A DNA stretch of 62,940 bases, filler included, from Folioceros fuciformis (taxonomy: Eukaryota), in assembly GCA_049999805.1 (NCBI GenBank). It is 4 parts of 4 records of this genome, joined end to end, with 100 filler letters (N's around TTAATTAATTAA, not from the genome) between each part and the next. Parts side by side here need not be neighbours in the genome. Positions count along the whole stretch, not along the records: positions 1 to 29,365 come from JBNGIO010004090.1; 3 more parts are not named here. One strand, given 5' to 3'. How positions within the stretch are numbered: the stretch's first letter is position 1; the number at the start of each line of letters is the position of its first letter. Shown here piece by piece: positions 1-13,752 of this stretch. Position numbers and translations under genes: made by a program. The notes beneath the pieces are model-generated. The model made no database searches. It worked only from the letters and a program-made list of their open reading frames with translations, and was not told where the DNA came from.

Positions 1-3000
1 CGCCTTGTACCTCTCTTGCCGCCCGGCGCACTCGGTGTCCGTCGCCGAAGGTCAGTGCTTCGTCCTTCCCTCCTTCCTCGCGCCTCTAATTTCGTGTCCG
101 CCGCTTACCGATCCGGTGGCCGTCCCCCGCGCAGAAAATGCGTTGCAGGCTTTGAGTGCCGCCTGGAATGGGAGGCTCGCGCTGGGCTGGACCTCCGCCA
201 ATGTTTGCGATTGGAATGGGGTGACGTGCTCCCCGGATGGCTCCCAGGTCCAGCAACTGTACGTCCACTTCCCCCCTCCTGGCCCGTGCTCTTGCCTCCT
301 CCTCGCCTTTAAGCCTCGTCTCCCACCGAGGCTTACTGTGGGATGGGAATGGCAGGAACTTGCAAAGCGAGAATGTGACGGGAGCTATTCCCCAGGAAAT
401 ACGAGACCTTGCCAACCTCCAAATTCTGTGAGTCTCGGATTGCTTCCGCCTCGCTGGGCCAGCATGGGAATCCTCGCTTCTTCTCTGACCTTCCGTCTGA
501 TCGCAGTGAGTTGGCCTTCATGCCTGGGCTGGGCGGCCAGCTTCCCGCACAGTTGGGTCTGCTCATCAATTTGGGCACGCTGTACGTCTCTTCACTCCAC
601 GCCAAGTCAGTCGTACTTGCTTGCCTTTCGTTTAGCGTCTGGCTTTCAGCACTCGTTGTGCTTCTGCAGGAATCTGCAACAATGCGCCTTCTCTGGACCT
701 ATTCCCGTGGAGCTAGGTCAACTGAAGAATCTTAAGTTCTTGTACGTCCATGCTTTCTATGTGCTAACCTATATATGTATGCTGCCTCGGTGCTTCTCTC
801 CTTGAGGTGAAGTGGGTGATGAGTGTCCACCTAGTCCATCTTCTGAATGGGGGCTCGGTTTGCTGTAACAGGGCGTTGAATGGCAACAATCTTAACGGAG
901 GAATACCTGCCCAGCTTGGTGCTCTTTCCGAACTCTACTGGTTTGATTTGTCTGACAACCAACTGCAGGGACCGATTCCAGTGTCTTCGACCTCTCCCAT
1001 TAATCTTGGCATGGACAATCTTACCGATGTCATCCACATGTGAGACTCTCGCTGTGCCGGACCGGCTTGCCCATACATTTTGCGTGCAAATTGGCTCATC
1101 TTTGTCTCAGAGCCATGTTTTCTCACCTCCTACTTTACATGTGCGCCAGGCATTTCAACAACAACAGTCTGTCAGGGGGATTACCGGTTGGAATACTGAA
1201 TCTCCCCAAGCTGCTTCATCTGTAAGCGCCTTCATTGAGTTGCTATTCCTCTTGCTCTTCCCGTCTCGCACCTCTCGCCTAATTCGCCTCTTTTGCGAGC
1301 AGATTACTGGACTCTAACAAGCTTGGTGGAGTAATTCCTCCTGAAATTGGAAATCTTGCGAGCCTGGAGATCCTGTACGTCCTGCAACTCATCTGATTTG
1401 CCCTTTGCTCACCAACCTGTGTCGACTAACACATGGAAAGGGGTGCTGCAGGAGGCTTCAACAAAATGCTTTCATTGGTGACATTCCCGCGGAAATCTCT
1501 CGACTCAGTGCCCTGGTGGAGTTGTACGTGTCTACAGCGCGTTCCTTTTCGTTTCTTCGGGGTTCCCGCATGTCACACTAGTGTTCCATGTTTTCGTTCA
1601 TTCCGCAATGAAGATTAAATCCTGTCTATCGACAACTACGTGCTCACACCATCGAGTTGGCTGTTTTCCAGACATCTCAACGACAATCAGCTAGATGGGA
1701 CTGTACCAGATCTATCAGTTGGGGGAGGATTGAGTAAACTTACGTTGTTGTAAGTGACATCCACCAGCCCTTGTCCTGCCTCGTATCCGGAGTCAAGTAA
1801 TGTTGTTCCTGAGTTGGGCTCAAATGTTATGTGTATCCCAGGGACGTGAGCAACAACAGCTTCACTTCTCAACCGTTTCCTCCATTCCTCGTTAACTTCC
1901 AAGAGCTCGTGACATTGTAAGACTTTGATTGAACTTCTTTCTCGCTTGCCCATGTTGTGTACAGACGATTAAGGTAAGCCTGCTAACTGTCTTTCTCCAT
2001 GTAGCGTGGCGTCTGGCTCCAATCTGGTTGGACCGATCCCCTCCAGCGTCTTCGCTTTGAAAGGCCTGAAAGAACTGTAAGTTCTACAACGTACCATTCC
2101 GCGTGCCCCTTGGACCTGGCCTGCTAATGCTGCTGCTTGGCCACGAGGCTCACAGTGAACAGTCATGATTTAGCAACCTGGTTGTCATCTTTTGGTTGGC
2201 AGGATTCTGAGCAACAATGCCTTGAATGGGACCTTGCGATTTGGTAGCCCTGTTTCATCGGGTCTGGACATTGTGTTACTGGATAACAATTTGATCGACG
2301 CTGTTGCTCAACCGCTCCCGTCGAACAGCTTTGACGACATTTCGTGAGTGCATGGTTCTATACTGTTGGACTTGTCATGTACCCTCTGGTGCCACAAGGC
2401 AGTTATCTCATTCTCTGCCTCTGCGAATGCAGGCTAGTGAACAACCCCGTGTGTGCCAACGGGGGTGGGGTCCTTCCAGCCCCTTGGTGTTCGGCACAAC
2501 CTGGACCGGTTCTCTTCTCTCGACAGGATTGTGGCGGAACGAAGTGCGATGGAACCAAGAGCCTGAATCGCTTCTGCGGATGCCGCTTCGCTCTGGCTGT
2601 GACCATTCAATTGACATCGCCGCCTTTCTCATATGTGAACAATGACAAGGTGACGCAGTTTGAGGCTCTTTTGTCCCAACAAACGTCCACACAGGTGGTT
2701 GTGCCAATTGCACAGTCTGCGCCCAACACCCGTATCAAGATGAGCTCACTGTTCTTCGCTAGTGACGGTGGAGATTTGGATCTTGTTACTGCGAGAGCTA
2801 TAGTGGCAAACCTGTCAGGCCAAGTGATTGCGATTGCGGGATTTGGTCCCTACTTGGTTTTCACACCTCCTCCAATCGAGTATCCTCCTCTGAGTAAGAA
2901 CATCTGTCCCAGTGATTGCCTGGCTTGCATGCTGGATCAAGTCTTGGTTTTTCCTAATGGCCCTGGTGTGCGTTCAGTTCTTTCCAGGAAATCAAAAATG

Positions 3001-4413
3001 TCAGCTGGAGCGATAGTCGGGATACTTATAGCAGCTCTGGTCGTTGTGCTTCTCGTTGCTGGTATAGCATGGTATGCCTTCAGGCAGAAGAAGAGGGCTG
3101 ACAAGGCTGAAGTGTTAAGCAAGCCATTTGGTATGTGTTTGGAAAGAGAAACGGGTTTGACAACTGCGTGATCCCTTGTCGGGCCTGCCTGCTAACTCAC
3201 TTTTCGCTTATGCAGCCTCGTGGCCCGGAAAGGGAACAGGAGATGGCGGGGGTGCTCCCCAATTGAAAGGGGCTCGGTGGTTCTCATTTTCCGACCTGAA
3301 AAAAGCTACAGGCAGTTTTGTTGAAAGTAATGAGATAGGAGTGGGGGGGTATGGCAAGGTTTACAAAGGCAGACTTGAGTCAGGAGAGATTGTGGCCGTG
3401 AAGAGGGCGCAAGAAGGTTCAATGCAAGGGGCTGCCGAGTTCAAGACAGAGATAGAGCTTCTTTCCAGGGTTCATCACAGGAACCTTGTGGGCCTTGTTG
3501 GCTTCTGTTACGAACAAGGGGAGCAAATGTTGGTCTATGAGTTCATGGCAAATGGCACATTGAGGGAGCACCTTCTTGGTTTGTTTTCGTCCGACTACTG
3601 CTCCTCACTCGTTACTCCTCTTGGTTGGCACGTGTCATGTTTGTTGAGGGTGTATGGGTGTGCTCTCCCTGCAGGTAAGATTGGGGTGCCTCTCAGCTGG
3701 AGCTTAAGATTGAGCATAGCCTTGGGCTCTGCTAGAGGGCTTGCTTACCTACACGACCTAGCCAATCCACCAATCATTCACCGAGATGTCAAGTCCAGTA
3801 ACATTCTACTGGACGACAAGATGATCGCAAAGGTGGCTGATTTTGGCCTCTCCAAACTGGCACCAGATGGCGATGGCAAGGCTCACGTTTCAACACAGGT
3901 CAAGGGTACGCTGGTAAGTGATTTGGGTGTACGTGGCGCTTGCTTTGCTTTCTCGTAGTTGCGTCGGTCTCTTTTACCTCTTCACCTTTTCTGGTACAGG
4001 GATATTTAGACCCCGAATACTACATGACACAACAGCTGTCCGACAAGAGTGATGTTTACAGCTTTGGTGTGGTCCTCCTCGAGATAATCACAGCCAAGCA
4101 GCCTATCGAACGAGGGAAATACATTGTGCGTGAAGTGAAGACAGCACTGGATAAAGGGGGCATGGCTGCCTTGCGACCTCTTCTCGACCCATTTGTCACA
4201 GACTACAATCCCCAGGATCTGAAGACGTTCTTGGACCTTGCACTTCGATGCGTTGAAGAGGCTGCAGCAGATCGACCAACCATGGGAGAGGTTGTAAGGG
4301 ACTTGGAGGCTCTGATGGGACAAAGCTACCCCGATTCCGGCAACGTCACTATTAATGTGAACGAGAAGTACGACTCAGGGGAATATGCAGCAGACCTTCC
4401 GGCTGCTCGATAG
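1..4413 (+). CDS. LRR receptor-like kinase, LRR-VIII-1 (HPCA1/CARD1-like) subfamily; 5' end lies outside the window
   Basis: GT-AG exons traced by hand: <1-50, 135-258, 356-427, 507-581, 670-741, 872-1039, 1150-1221, 1303-1374, 1452-1523, 1672-1749, 1842-1916, 2005-2076, 2203-2343, 2433-2893, 2978-3130, 3216-3578, 3675-3913, 4000-4413. Features: [13 protein letters not shown] cap, 72-78 nt one-LRR exons, Cys-rich ectodomain (NPVC..DCGGTKC..FCGC), TM ([22 protein letters not shown]), [12 protein letters not shown] juxtamembrane, RD kinase ([32 protein letters not shown]). Confidence 0.93.
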
Positions 4414-4899
4414 TGTGGGGTTTTCAGAGCACGGAGTTTATTTCTAGACCTCTCCTGCCTCGGCGGGTTGAATTGAAACGTTGAGCGCCTCTTCATCTTG
4501 GTACTCTCCGTCCATGTTCCTCGGGAGAACAGACTTGGAGTCGCGTTGTGGATTCATTGCCACGTTTCCAAGATGGAAGAGGCGGGGATGTTCGGAAGTC
4601 GGTGGGGCTGGCCATGATCCTGTACGAGTCTGAATCCCATTTCTTGCATTTAAAAGTTGTGGTGTGAATTTTCTTGCATTTTTTGATCTGAGACCTTCTG
4701 TGCGTGGACGACGTTCCACATTTTGTTCCTGAGCGTGGCCATGAATGGATGGCCAGGTCTCGGAATTGTAGTATTTAACTTGTTCAACACACTGTGCATG
4801 CACACTCAACAGTGGAGTCTGCCCACCTGTAGCTCACTAGATCAACTCTCTGGACTTTATTGCACTTCATCAATGGACCATTTGTCTTGCAGTCTTGCC

Positions 4900-7081
4900 T
4901 CAAGGCTTCTTCACATCGGCTTCTTCTATCTCCCTGGGAGTGTGCTCGCTGTACTCCACGATGGATGCAGGCGGAAGTTGGCCCGTGGCAATGGAGTGAA
5001 CGGTCGAAAAGAGTGGAAAGGCTTGCTCCCAGCCCCTTGCCCTGAGCACTTCGAACACCTCCGCAGCTGTCAGCACACCCTGCCGTCCAAGCTGTTCGTC
5101 AGCCTTCAGCGCGAACTGACAAGCAGGGCCCAGGTGGGCAGGGACATTCATGCCGGGTGAACGCGAACATCCATACCTGGAGCTTCTGTCCTTGGAGGAG
5201 TTCTGCTTCCAGATCGTCAAATGAGCTGCCGTATTCCAAGGAGTGAAGCCACGTGATCAGCTCCACTTTAGGGTTCTAGAAGACGCAACAACCTTAAAGG
5301 ATGCAAACGCGTACCGTTGGCCACCGGCCTTGGCGAATGCTTCGGCCACCTTTCTGTTGCGACCGCCAACTGCGGGAGTGACAAGTAGAGCGTACAATGA
5401 GGCTACAGTTACAGAGAGAGATCACAGGGCTTCCGCAAAGTTGATGCGAAGGAGTGGCAACATTACGGCACGTAGTGATCAGATCAGCCACTCCACAGCT
5501 CTCAAAGAACGTCGTGTCTCGTACTGAAGGGAACAATTTCTTCGATAAGGAGCGCATCTCGCTGAAGCCGATTCTCATGATTGCAGCCTGCATCCAGTCA
5601 CGTCGGGCTTGGCGATTGCAAGCAAACTGGGCCCCAATGATTTTGCTGTTCAAGCTTGGAGAATATGCATACCTTAGTATTGTTGCCCATCTGCAAGCCA
5701 TCCACCAAACCTATCAAGCAGACGATGTGGATCAGTAATAGCCCGACGGTATACAAGATGTTCAGCTTGAACATGTCTCTGTCGCTACCTGCGGCGATGG
5801 CAACGACATTTTTCAATGTTCCACAGAGCTCCACACCCTCCACGTCTTCCACCTGCGGAGGACCGTCCACTTGAGCGGCTTGAGGCATATCCTTCGACCA
5901 GCAGCATTCGAGGACTGAAATCTCACCGCGGTCACTTTGAAATACGGTGTAGCAAAAGCTTGCACCCATCTGTCTGCTGTGCTCCGGTCTCCTCTGTAAC
6001 CAACCGTGGCTTCGCTGAAGAGTTCAATCGCGATCTGCCCAGCCGAGAAGACAAGGATGGATAAGCCAATTTCTATAGTTCCAGTTCAGTTCAGGTCATC
6101 GACATCCATATGCCAAACACATGAAGTACCTCGTTAGCAATGTTGGCTCCCATGAGCACAGAGCATTCTATACCAAGCTGCTCTGAGATCTCGGCAGAAA
6201 CCATGCGGGGGCCCTCCCTTTTCATCTGTGAAGGAATCCGGGGAACTCATCAGGAGGAAAAATGTTGACAACATTGGCATCCCAGATGCACAAGGTGTGC
6301 ACTCACCTCCATCCCCTTAATCAATGAAATGGCCTTGGCATCACTTCTTATCTTTCCTTTCATCCTCCTGCAAATTCCTTGAATGAACTGGTGTGGAGTG
6401 ACGAAAACCAGCATGGTAGCATCCCTTACTGATGAAAGCAGTCCAGGGTTAATAACAGACCACAAACAATTTCGGTAACAAAATTGCTTTCTAAGACGAG
6501 GAATGGCAGGAAAGCTGCAAGAGTACCTGTGTTCTCGAGGTCAGGATCAGCAACGACGTTCTCACCCAGGTGAATACTCGGCAGGTACTTGGCATTCACC
6601 TGAAACGTCCATAACTAGAAGCGTCAGAGGTTGAAAATCCATCAACGATTGAAAATTCTGTACAGTCTCACAAAAATGTTGGGGTCTGTGAGATGTTGGG
6701 TGTGTGATCCTCATAACCTTCTTTTCATTGATGTGTTCAGAAAGTTTGGCTCCACAAGGTAGGATTTCTTCGTACACCCACATCCTCACCTCATCTGCGG
6801 ATGCACTCCCACACAGAGACACATGTTTTTCATCTGCCAGACCAGAACACAATCTGCTACCCCGTGACGAAAAGGTGGACAAGAATTGGGCTGAACGCAC
6901 CATGGAAAGAGATCTGGGAACGCGCGTTGCTGGCCAACAGCTTGGCTGCCACGCTACCCCAATTTCCGCTCCCGATAACTGCAATTTTTTGCTTTCCAGG
7001 AGCCAATGCATCGTGTTCGCTGTTATGTTGCACACCGTCACTCAGAGGCTGGGCATCAACCACCTCAACCCCTGGAGCCAT
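4900..7081 (-). CDS. NAD-dependent glycerol-3-phosphate dehydrogenase (GPD1-type)
   Basis: 12 GT-AG exons (7081-6901, 6794-6718, 6599-6527, 6428-6307, 6225-6130, 6034-5927, 5852-5789, 5710-5673, 5587-5467, 5369-5315, 5225-5177, 5079-4900). Motifs IGSGNWGS, VRMWVYEE, PHQF, SLIKG, LMGANIANE, GVELCGTLKNVVA, GVADLITTCLGGRN, GQKLQG. Confidence 0.95.
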
Positions 7082-7985
7082 GGCCTGTGGTCGCAGCAAG
7101 AAAATGCCGCAGCGATGAACAAACGTTATAACAGTCCTGACTCTCATACTGAATTTCGTCCTCTAGCTGGTACGGGACGCCAGACACATTCCCAAACAAA
7201 CAGAACCTGCCTCTTTGGGAAGAATGGCCAGTGAAATTCGCATGCAGCTCGGCTGATAACAACGGCACGCACGCACCGGAATGGAATGCTGGTGATTCGA
7301 GAACAGGTGGATTGAATGCCTTAATGTAGGACAGTGAAGTTGTCCTCTTGCTCTGGGATTCTCGGGAGGTTTCACCTGCTCCTCTCCTTGCCCAACACCT
7401 CTCTCTTCCAGGACCGACCGACTCCCGCATCCCCTTGCTGTCCAGCGATTGTTCCTAGGGCCAAGCATTCGAAAGGAGGTCCTCGCGGCGGACGGCGCTT
7501 CAGTTCCTGGAAGCCCACATTGGGATGTGCGAGCCTGCGTCTTCCTGTGCACATCTCCGAAATTTGAAGCTTCGATCGTACGGAGAGGCCAAGAGGGCGG
7601 CATCGGGCTTCCCGCTCCCTCTGCATGTTGGGACGGAGGTCATCGGTACTACAGTGGATCGATCATTAGATGCTGCTTCATGTTTGAGATGGATGAAGAA
7701 GAGGACTCGGTGCATACATTGAAAGCACAAGACAAGCCAGATGCTGGTCTCATCTGAAGGAAAAATGGTCACACTAGTTGTCAGATCCAGGCTCGAATGA
7801 TCTCGAGATACTCGGTAACTAGCTGATCTCCGTCTCCCTTATCCGTCTGAGCCATGAGAGTCTCCGGCGGGTAGACCTATCTGGTCCGGATAGGGACAAG
7901 CGCATGGGTTGCTGTACAGTGTACAGAAGGGTGGTGGTGAACATGAGCCCGCCCTCGCCCAGCTGCCGGGATGTGTTAAACCCTG

Positions 7986-10024
7986 TCATGCAGCAACAGG
8001 AATCTTGGCACCGACTTTGCTCAAGATCTCGTCATCTGTTGAGAAGTCGGCAGCCTTCCGGAAAGTGCCCCGGCCGAAGTCCAAACCGTAGGAGTGGGCC
8101 AAGCCGTCGACAAGGCCGAATTCTGGGGCCCATCCCAGCTCCTTCTTAGCCTTGGCTATGGAAGTGAAGAAATGCTGCACACCCCGTAGCCCCGACTCAG
8201 AACATGGCACCACGGGCTGCCATTGCAAATGTCGCAAAGTCACATGCAATTGCGGTGTACCTGATCGCGGAGAGGAAAGGGTTTCTTCTTGCCGAAGTCG
8301 AATTCCTTGGGGTTGTAGTGCACTAACTCCGGGGCAGGGAACCCGCCAGCCTGAAGGTGGCGAGTCGAAGCTTAGTAGGAGGGCTTCCCGTGGGCATCCA
8401 TACTTACAGAACTCGTGAAGCAGTAAGTACCTCTGCGCAGGCCTTGGCGATGCCATCGAAAGTCACGTATTTCTCGCCGGAGATGTTGTAGATCTCCCCG
8501 TAGGCGGTCTCATTCCCTAACACTGTGACGAATGCCCTGGCTAGGTCCTGCAGTCACAAGCGGATGCAAAGTTTTGTCACACAAAGCGCCTAGCCTAGGT
8601 GATGGTGAATGCAAGACGACAACCCTGAAACACACAAACCTGGACATGGCCGAGTTGGGTGATTTGCAGACCAGAGCTTGGCACAGGGATTGGACGATTG
8701 GCTTTCAGTCGGTGGAAGAACCATTCCTCTACTGGGTTGTAGTTGAGGGGGCCGTAAATGTAAACTGGTCTGAGGGATGTCCAAGGGGTGCTTTTGCTGG
8801 CAAGCAAGGACTCTGTGTCGAGTTTGCCCTTGTGCCTACTCTTGGGGTCCACAGCATCTACCTGCAGACGCGGCCTCCGTTAGACCACATCCTCCTCACA
8901 TGACTCTGGTACGACGAAGAGGACAAGAGAGGATGGACTGAGCGTACTTCGTAGTGCGGAGGCAGGTCGGTCTTCAAATACACACCAGCTGACGAGCAGT
9001 AAATGTACCTGCAGACAGAGGAGCCATGGCATGGCGGTGAGAAGAATCCGTTTCCTTCTCATCACTGTTGGATTCGGAAGAGGGGCTGCTTTAGCTTACT
9101 GCTCGAGGCTTGGTAGCGCCTCGAGGATGGGCTCCACCTCTGCCGCTTCCCGTCCTGTTTCAGGGACCTGGAATGAGCCCCCAGCAAGAAAGACGGCGGT
9201 GAGCAACATAGCTCAGGAAGGATGACTGACCATTTATGTCATAGACAACATCGAAGCCCGTGCCTGCAAGCTTGCCCTTGAGCCCTTCAAAATCCTGGCG
9301 GTCTCCTTGAATGTGCTTCACCTGTTCAAACATGAAAACATCAGTGCTGCCGTCTCGGTTTCCCTGATGCGTGCACGACACAACGTTTCCTGCAGAATCT
9401 GGATGAACCGTGGGCTACCTTGGAGGCGTAAGCACTGTATTCCGAGTCTTCTTCTCCTGGCAGTTGCTGGGTAATTGGCGCTTTGCCTCGCGTGAAGAGT
9501 GTGACCTGCAAACAGCAAAGATAAACAGCGGTGGTTAACGCTGGGACTACTGGGAATGCATGTGCAGCACTCTCAAAAGGCTGTGAGCTTCACCTCGTGG
9601 CCATCCTTGACCAGGAGTCTGGCAAGATAGATGCCGATGAACCGCGTGCCACCCATCATCAGAATCTTCTTAGGAGCCACAGCGGCGCATCGTGCTCCTT
9701 GCTGCCTCTCCCGCTTCACAACGCACAGGCTATTGCTTGCCTGCACAACCTGGCAATCTCACACGCGATAATCACAATCCGCAAATGCTGACTCAATACA
9801 CTCCTCTGAAATTCATTCAGCATGACGGCCACGACGCCCACCTGCTGCGTGTGCTGGCTGGAGGCCAAATCGTGGCAGTGCAGGCCCGAGAAAGAGGCCT
9901 GCAGCCTGCTGGAAGACGCAGCCAGACTGGCGTTCTTGCCATTGCTGCAGCGGCAGGGATTTCCTTTGGAGATGGAGACGGTGGCAGCACCAGTAGCCAC
10001 AGCAGCTGCATTCACGGCAGCCAT
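7986..10024 (-). CDS. CSP41B: Chloroplast stem-loop binding protein 41b (epimerase/dehydratase fold)
   Basis: Ala/Ser-rich transit peptide. Multi-exon peptides KILMMGGTRFIG, DVVYDING, RPVYIYGPLNYNPVEEWFFHRLKA, QITQLGHV, C-terminus QHFFTSIAKAKKELGWAPEFGLVDGLAHSYGLDFGRGTFRKAADF. Confidence 0.95.
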
Positions 10025-10351
10025 TTCCGCGGGGCGCAATGGAGCATCGCCCACGTACCAGACGGATAGCTTACTTTCGTATCTTCTTCTCAAGTTCTAT
10101 CCACAACGATCGCCAGCCCCTCGTTTCTTACGTGCAGTAGATTACAGATATTTGGGAATTTCTGGTTCCGATCCAGCACGCCTCCTTGTCGCGATTCCGC
10201 GATTCCTGCACTCGGTAAGCTAAAGCGAAGAGTGCGTAATGGTAAAGAGGGTGATGAAATCCTGGAGATGGCTTCATGATTGGCGTGCAAAAGGAGAGCA
10301 CGGGTCCCTGGGCATGCGTCCGGTTTCATTGGAGGGTACAAAGAAGCCATC

Positions 10352-11479
10352 TCATCTCCTGGCGTCGCGGATCGACCTGAGGACAGTCCACATGAAAGTG
10401 GAGACGAAGAAGAGGAGAGCGAACACGATGACGGCATATTTCACGCCTAGGCTCACCACCAGATTCATCAATATCCCTGCAATGACCACCCCGAAGAAGT
10501 TGGCCCAGACTGCATTCCAAAACGGCATGCCCAGGACATACGCGGCTATGGCTCCGGTCCACGCCCCTGTGCCGGGGAACGGGACAGCCACAAACAGCAT
10601 GAGGCCTAGCCACTGGAATTCCTGGATTGGCCCGGCTTTCCTTCTGGTTTTCTCGAACAAGCGGTGGAAGAAGGTCCTGGCTCTGCTGCTTCTTCTCGAC
10701 AAGAAGTCCGAGAGGCTTCCCAGGTAGAGCAGGATAATTGGCACCGGCACCATGTTCCTGCAGTCAGTCTCACGGAGTCATCACGGGGGGGTTCAGCGGG
10801 CAGCAGCAGCAAAGTGTTAACCCTTTCCGAAGCCCAGCATTCGCAGAGGACAGCAGTCACTCACTCACCCGACGACGGCCAGAATGTAGCCTTTCCAGGG
10901 ATCCAGCTGTAGCCAGTACCCGATGGGCACGGCACCACGGAGCTCCAGCACGGGCAGCATGGCGGTGGTGAACACGATGGCCTCGTCCGCCCAGCCCGAG
11001 CGTCTCAGGAAGTCCGCCACCCGAAGGCCCAGGCTGGAGGAGCCGATGGAGTCTGCTGCAGCGTTTGCCGTCCCCGCCGACAAGAGCATCGGCAGCCATG
11101 GCAGCAGCAAGAGCACTCCCTTCAGGACATTGGCTGGCCATGGCGGGGGTTCAAAGGGCATGCACTCTTGAGCGTGAGATTGCACCTGGTCATCACATCC
11201 GGCGGCCCTGGCCTTTGCTGGGGATGACTGCAGTCTGCGCCGGCGGCTCTGTGAAACCTGCAGGGGAGCAACCAGGACACAGTGAACCTCAATGCGTGCA
11301 GGCCCATCACAGGTAACAAGCACAGGAGTCCTAACCGTGAGAGCGATTCTGCCATGTGCCTGAGCCGCCGCGTGTTTGAACGAGGCCGAGCGGGGGGGGC
11401 TGATAACAGGGGTCCGAGAATGAGGTTCCAGGGAGTTCCCAGCTACATGGATGCTCGGGGCGTAGGCGGCGGCGGCCAT
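10352..11479 (-). CDS. Putative small multidrug export family membrane protein, probably plastid-targeted
   Basis: Two exons (11479-10869, 10757-10352). Motifs MLPVLELRGAVPIG, GNMVPVP, GLMLFVAVPFPGTGAWTGA. Long N-terminal transit-like extension; start codon uncertain. Confidence 0.88.
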
Positions 11480-11996
11480 TGATGCGACTCTCACACAATC
11501 CTTCCAGTCTTCATTGAGATGGCAAGCTTCCAATTTCCCTGTCGGCGATTCCAAGGCAACGTGCTATTCAGGTGTGCGTTCGCTCCGGATTTGTCGATGA
11601 CCGGTGTTAATTAGCTTCCAGCGAAGATAAATCCCGTTAAGGAAGATAGCAAAAAATGGCCAGCCCACAGAAACATGGCACTTGACTGTGCAGGATTCGG
11701 AGTACAAGAACCGTTCAGGTACATAGACGTCCAGTCTCCAAAGTATGTATTCTACACCCTCGGGTTCAAGTCCTTCATGTACCGGCTCCCAGGCGGCATT
11801 TATGTCTCCTTCCATCGGATACGCACGAAGTAAAAAATGACGGCACTTTATATCGGAACTCCATAACTAGCGTCTCCTCGACTGGAAGAAACTAGTTTAC
11901 ATACACACGCGGATGTCAACCAGAAAAGCAAACGAAGGAGCTTGCCGCAAAGTTCATCCGAGGGAGAAAACTGGAGCACATGCTAATCTGATGTGG

Positions 11997-12787
11997 TCAG
12001 TACTCTTTAACGGGCATTTTGTACGTTCCAAAGTCCTCAGGGAACGGGAACTCTCTGGGAGTCTGAAACATGCAGAGACGGGGAGTCAGTCGCATCAGTT
12101 TTGATTACAAATCCAGGCCTGCCCTAACTACGCAGATGGGACGTATGAAGCACACTACCCAGGAAATCCTCGATGCTTTGTCATTCCAGACTGCCAAGAC
12201 CCCGATGACAGCGAAAAGTCCCATGCCCCCGGACAGCCACAAGAGTCCCTCGGTCTGCAAAGGCAGCACAGGATAGTCAGTGCGCCCTGCAGGGCACAGA
12301 GTGAGCACTCGCACAAACGCAAGCATGCCGACAAGCCCCACCTTGGAAATGTGCGGAGCCACGACGTCGATGCAGGGTTCCGGCACAAAGTTGCCATCGT
12401 CCCAGACCAGCTCGTCTTGCTCATGAAGCTGCCAGGCGCACCAGCGAAGGATTCAAAGTGAGTCAATCTGCGAGCAAATCAGAGGCGGCCATACCCCCTC
12501 CCTGCATTCCATCAAAGGTCTGCTTCAGCGAGATCAGCCAGCTTGCGCGCTCCCGGCGCCACACCAGTGCAGCATAATAACCTAAGGAACCATGAGAATT
12601 GAAGCAAGCAGGACGTGAGCCCTCAGGCGAGGCAGGGGAGCATCACCGGACTGTCCGGAGGCGGATTCGGCTTCACCGGCAACCCCATGCCCCCCCGCAG
12701 CCGCATCGCAGCCGAGGTCTGTGCCATGCCAGCCCTTCGCATGAACCCGCTCGTGATCCGCCCGATGCTCATCCCGCTGCTCGCCAT
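11997..12787 (-). CDS. NDUFB8: Mitochondrial complex I accessory subunit B8 (ASHI)
   Basis: Four exons (12787-12647, 12428-12342, 12254-12159, 12062-11997) giving ...RGGMGLPVKPNPPPDSP|LHEQDELVWDDGNFVPEPCID...|TEGLLWLSGGMGLF...NDKASRISW|TPREFPF..., which matches the plant B8 pattern. No single ORF in the track covers it. Confidence 0.88.
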
Positions 12788-13752
12788 TTCGTTTCCTCTG
12801 CCCTTGGCAAGGCCTCTGCTCTTCCCCAAGCCTGTCCTTCTAACTCGTAAGCAGTAAGTTAAGTTTCGCACACATTAAGTTTCACTAAGATGCTTTGAAA
12901 TTATGACTAGGTGATCTCATTCGATGAGAGTCTAAAGGTAGTAATTATCCTTTAAGGAAAAATGACCTTTGTCAACAGAGAAAACGGAACGGAGTGGGAT
13001 CGGAGGTCCCGTTGAGGGAGGAAGTCTTCAATTAGGCCTAATAAGGGCCCAATTAGGGTAAAGGGGATCCGTTCAGACAATGAAATATGTACTGTAGTGA
13101 TAATTATGATTTAGTAATAGACTTTCTCTCTGAGTACACATGACGTACATATACATTGGCCCCACTGTATAGATATATTATCCTCTCTCTAGGCCAGTCT
13201 AAAGTTTTGGAAGAATCTGTTGGAAAAAAAGATGGGAAAGGATGTGTACACCCGTCCGTCTTAAGGGTTTTTCCCCTAAGGGTTGTCTCGGTGGAACACC
13301 CTTCGAATGGGACGGACCTACAGGACATTTCGTATACAACGCAGGGCTGGGCTCGGTAGGTTCCTACCAATGCGGTTGCCGCATACGGCTGCGGCTGTAC
13401 GTATCGGTGTTTGCCAGGGATTTGTTCTTATAGCGCTTATAAAAGGCGAAGGAAGCTCTGGCAGAACACAGGGGCAAGAAAGAAAGCAGGCAGAGAGAAG
13501 GATTGATTGGTCGAAAGGATTGGTGCGGGAAGCAGCCAAGGGCGGGGGGAGGCCAAGACCGGGCCGGGCAGGGGAGGACAGGGGCGAGCACAGCCGATCG
13601 AGCAGAGCAGGGCAGCGAGGAATCTTCGGCACCGTTAGCCAGCAGCAGAGCGGACAGGTTCTGCTGTCGCTGCATGGTGCATGGCACCCAATTCTCCAAC
13701 TGGAAGGCAGCGTGAACTCGAAATCCCTAGGGGACCTTCCGCCACTTCGTCC
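12788..13752. promoter_or_regulatory. Divergent intergenic region shared by NDUFB8 and DCAF1, with site-II-like GGCCCA
   Basis: Head-to-head starts about 0.96 kb apart; GGGCCCAAT near 13045-13053. Regulatory function is inferred only. Confidence 0.35.
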
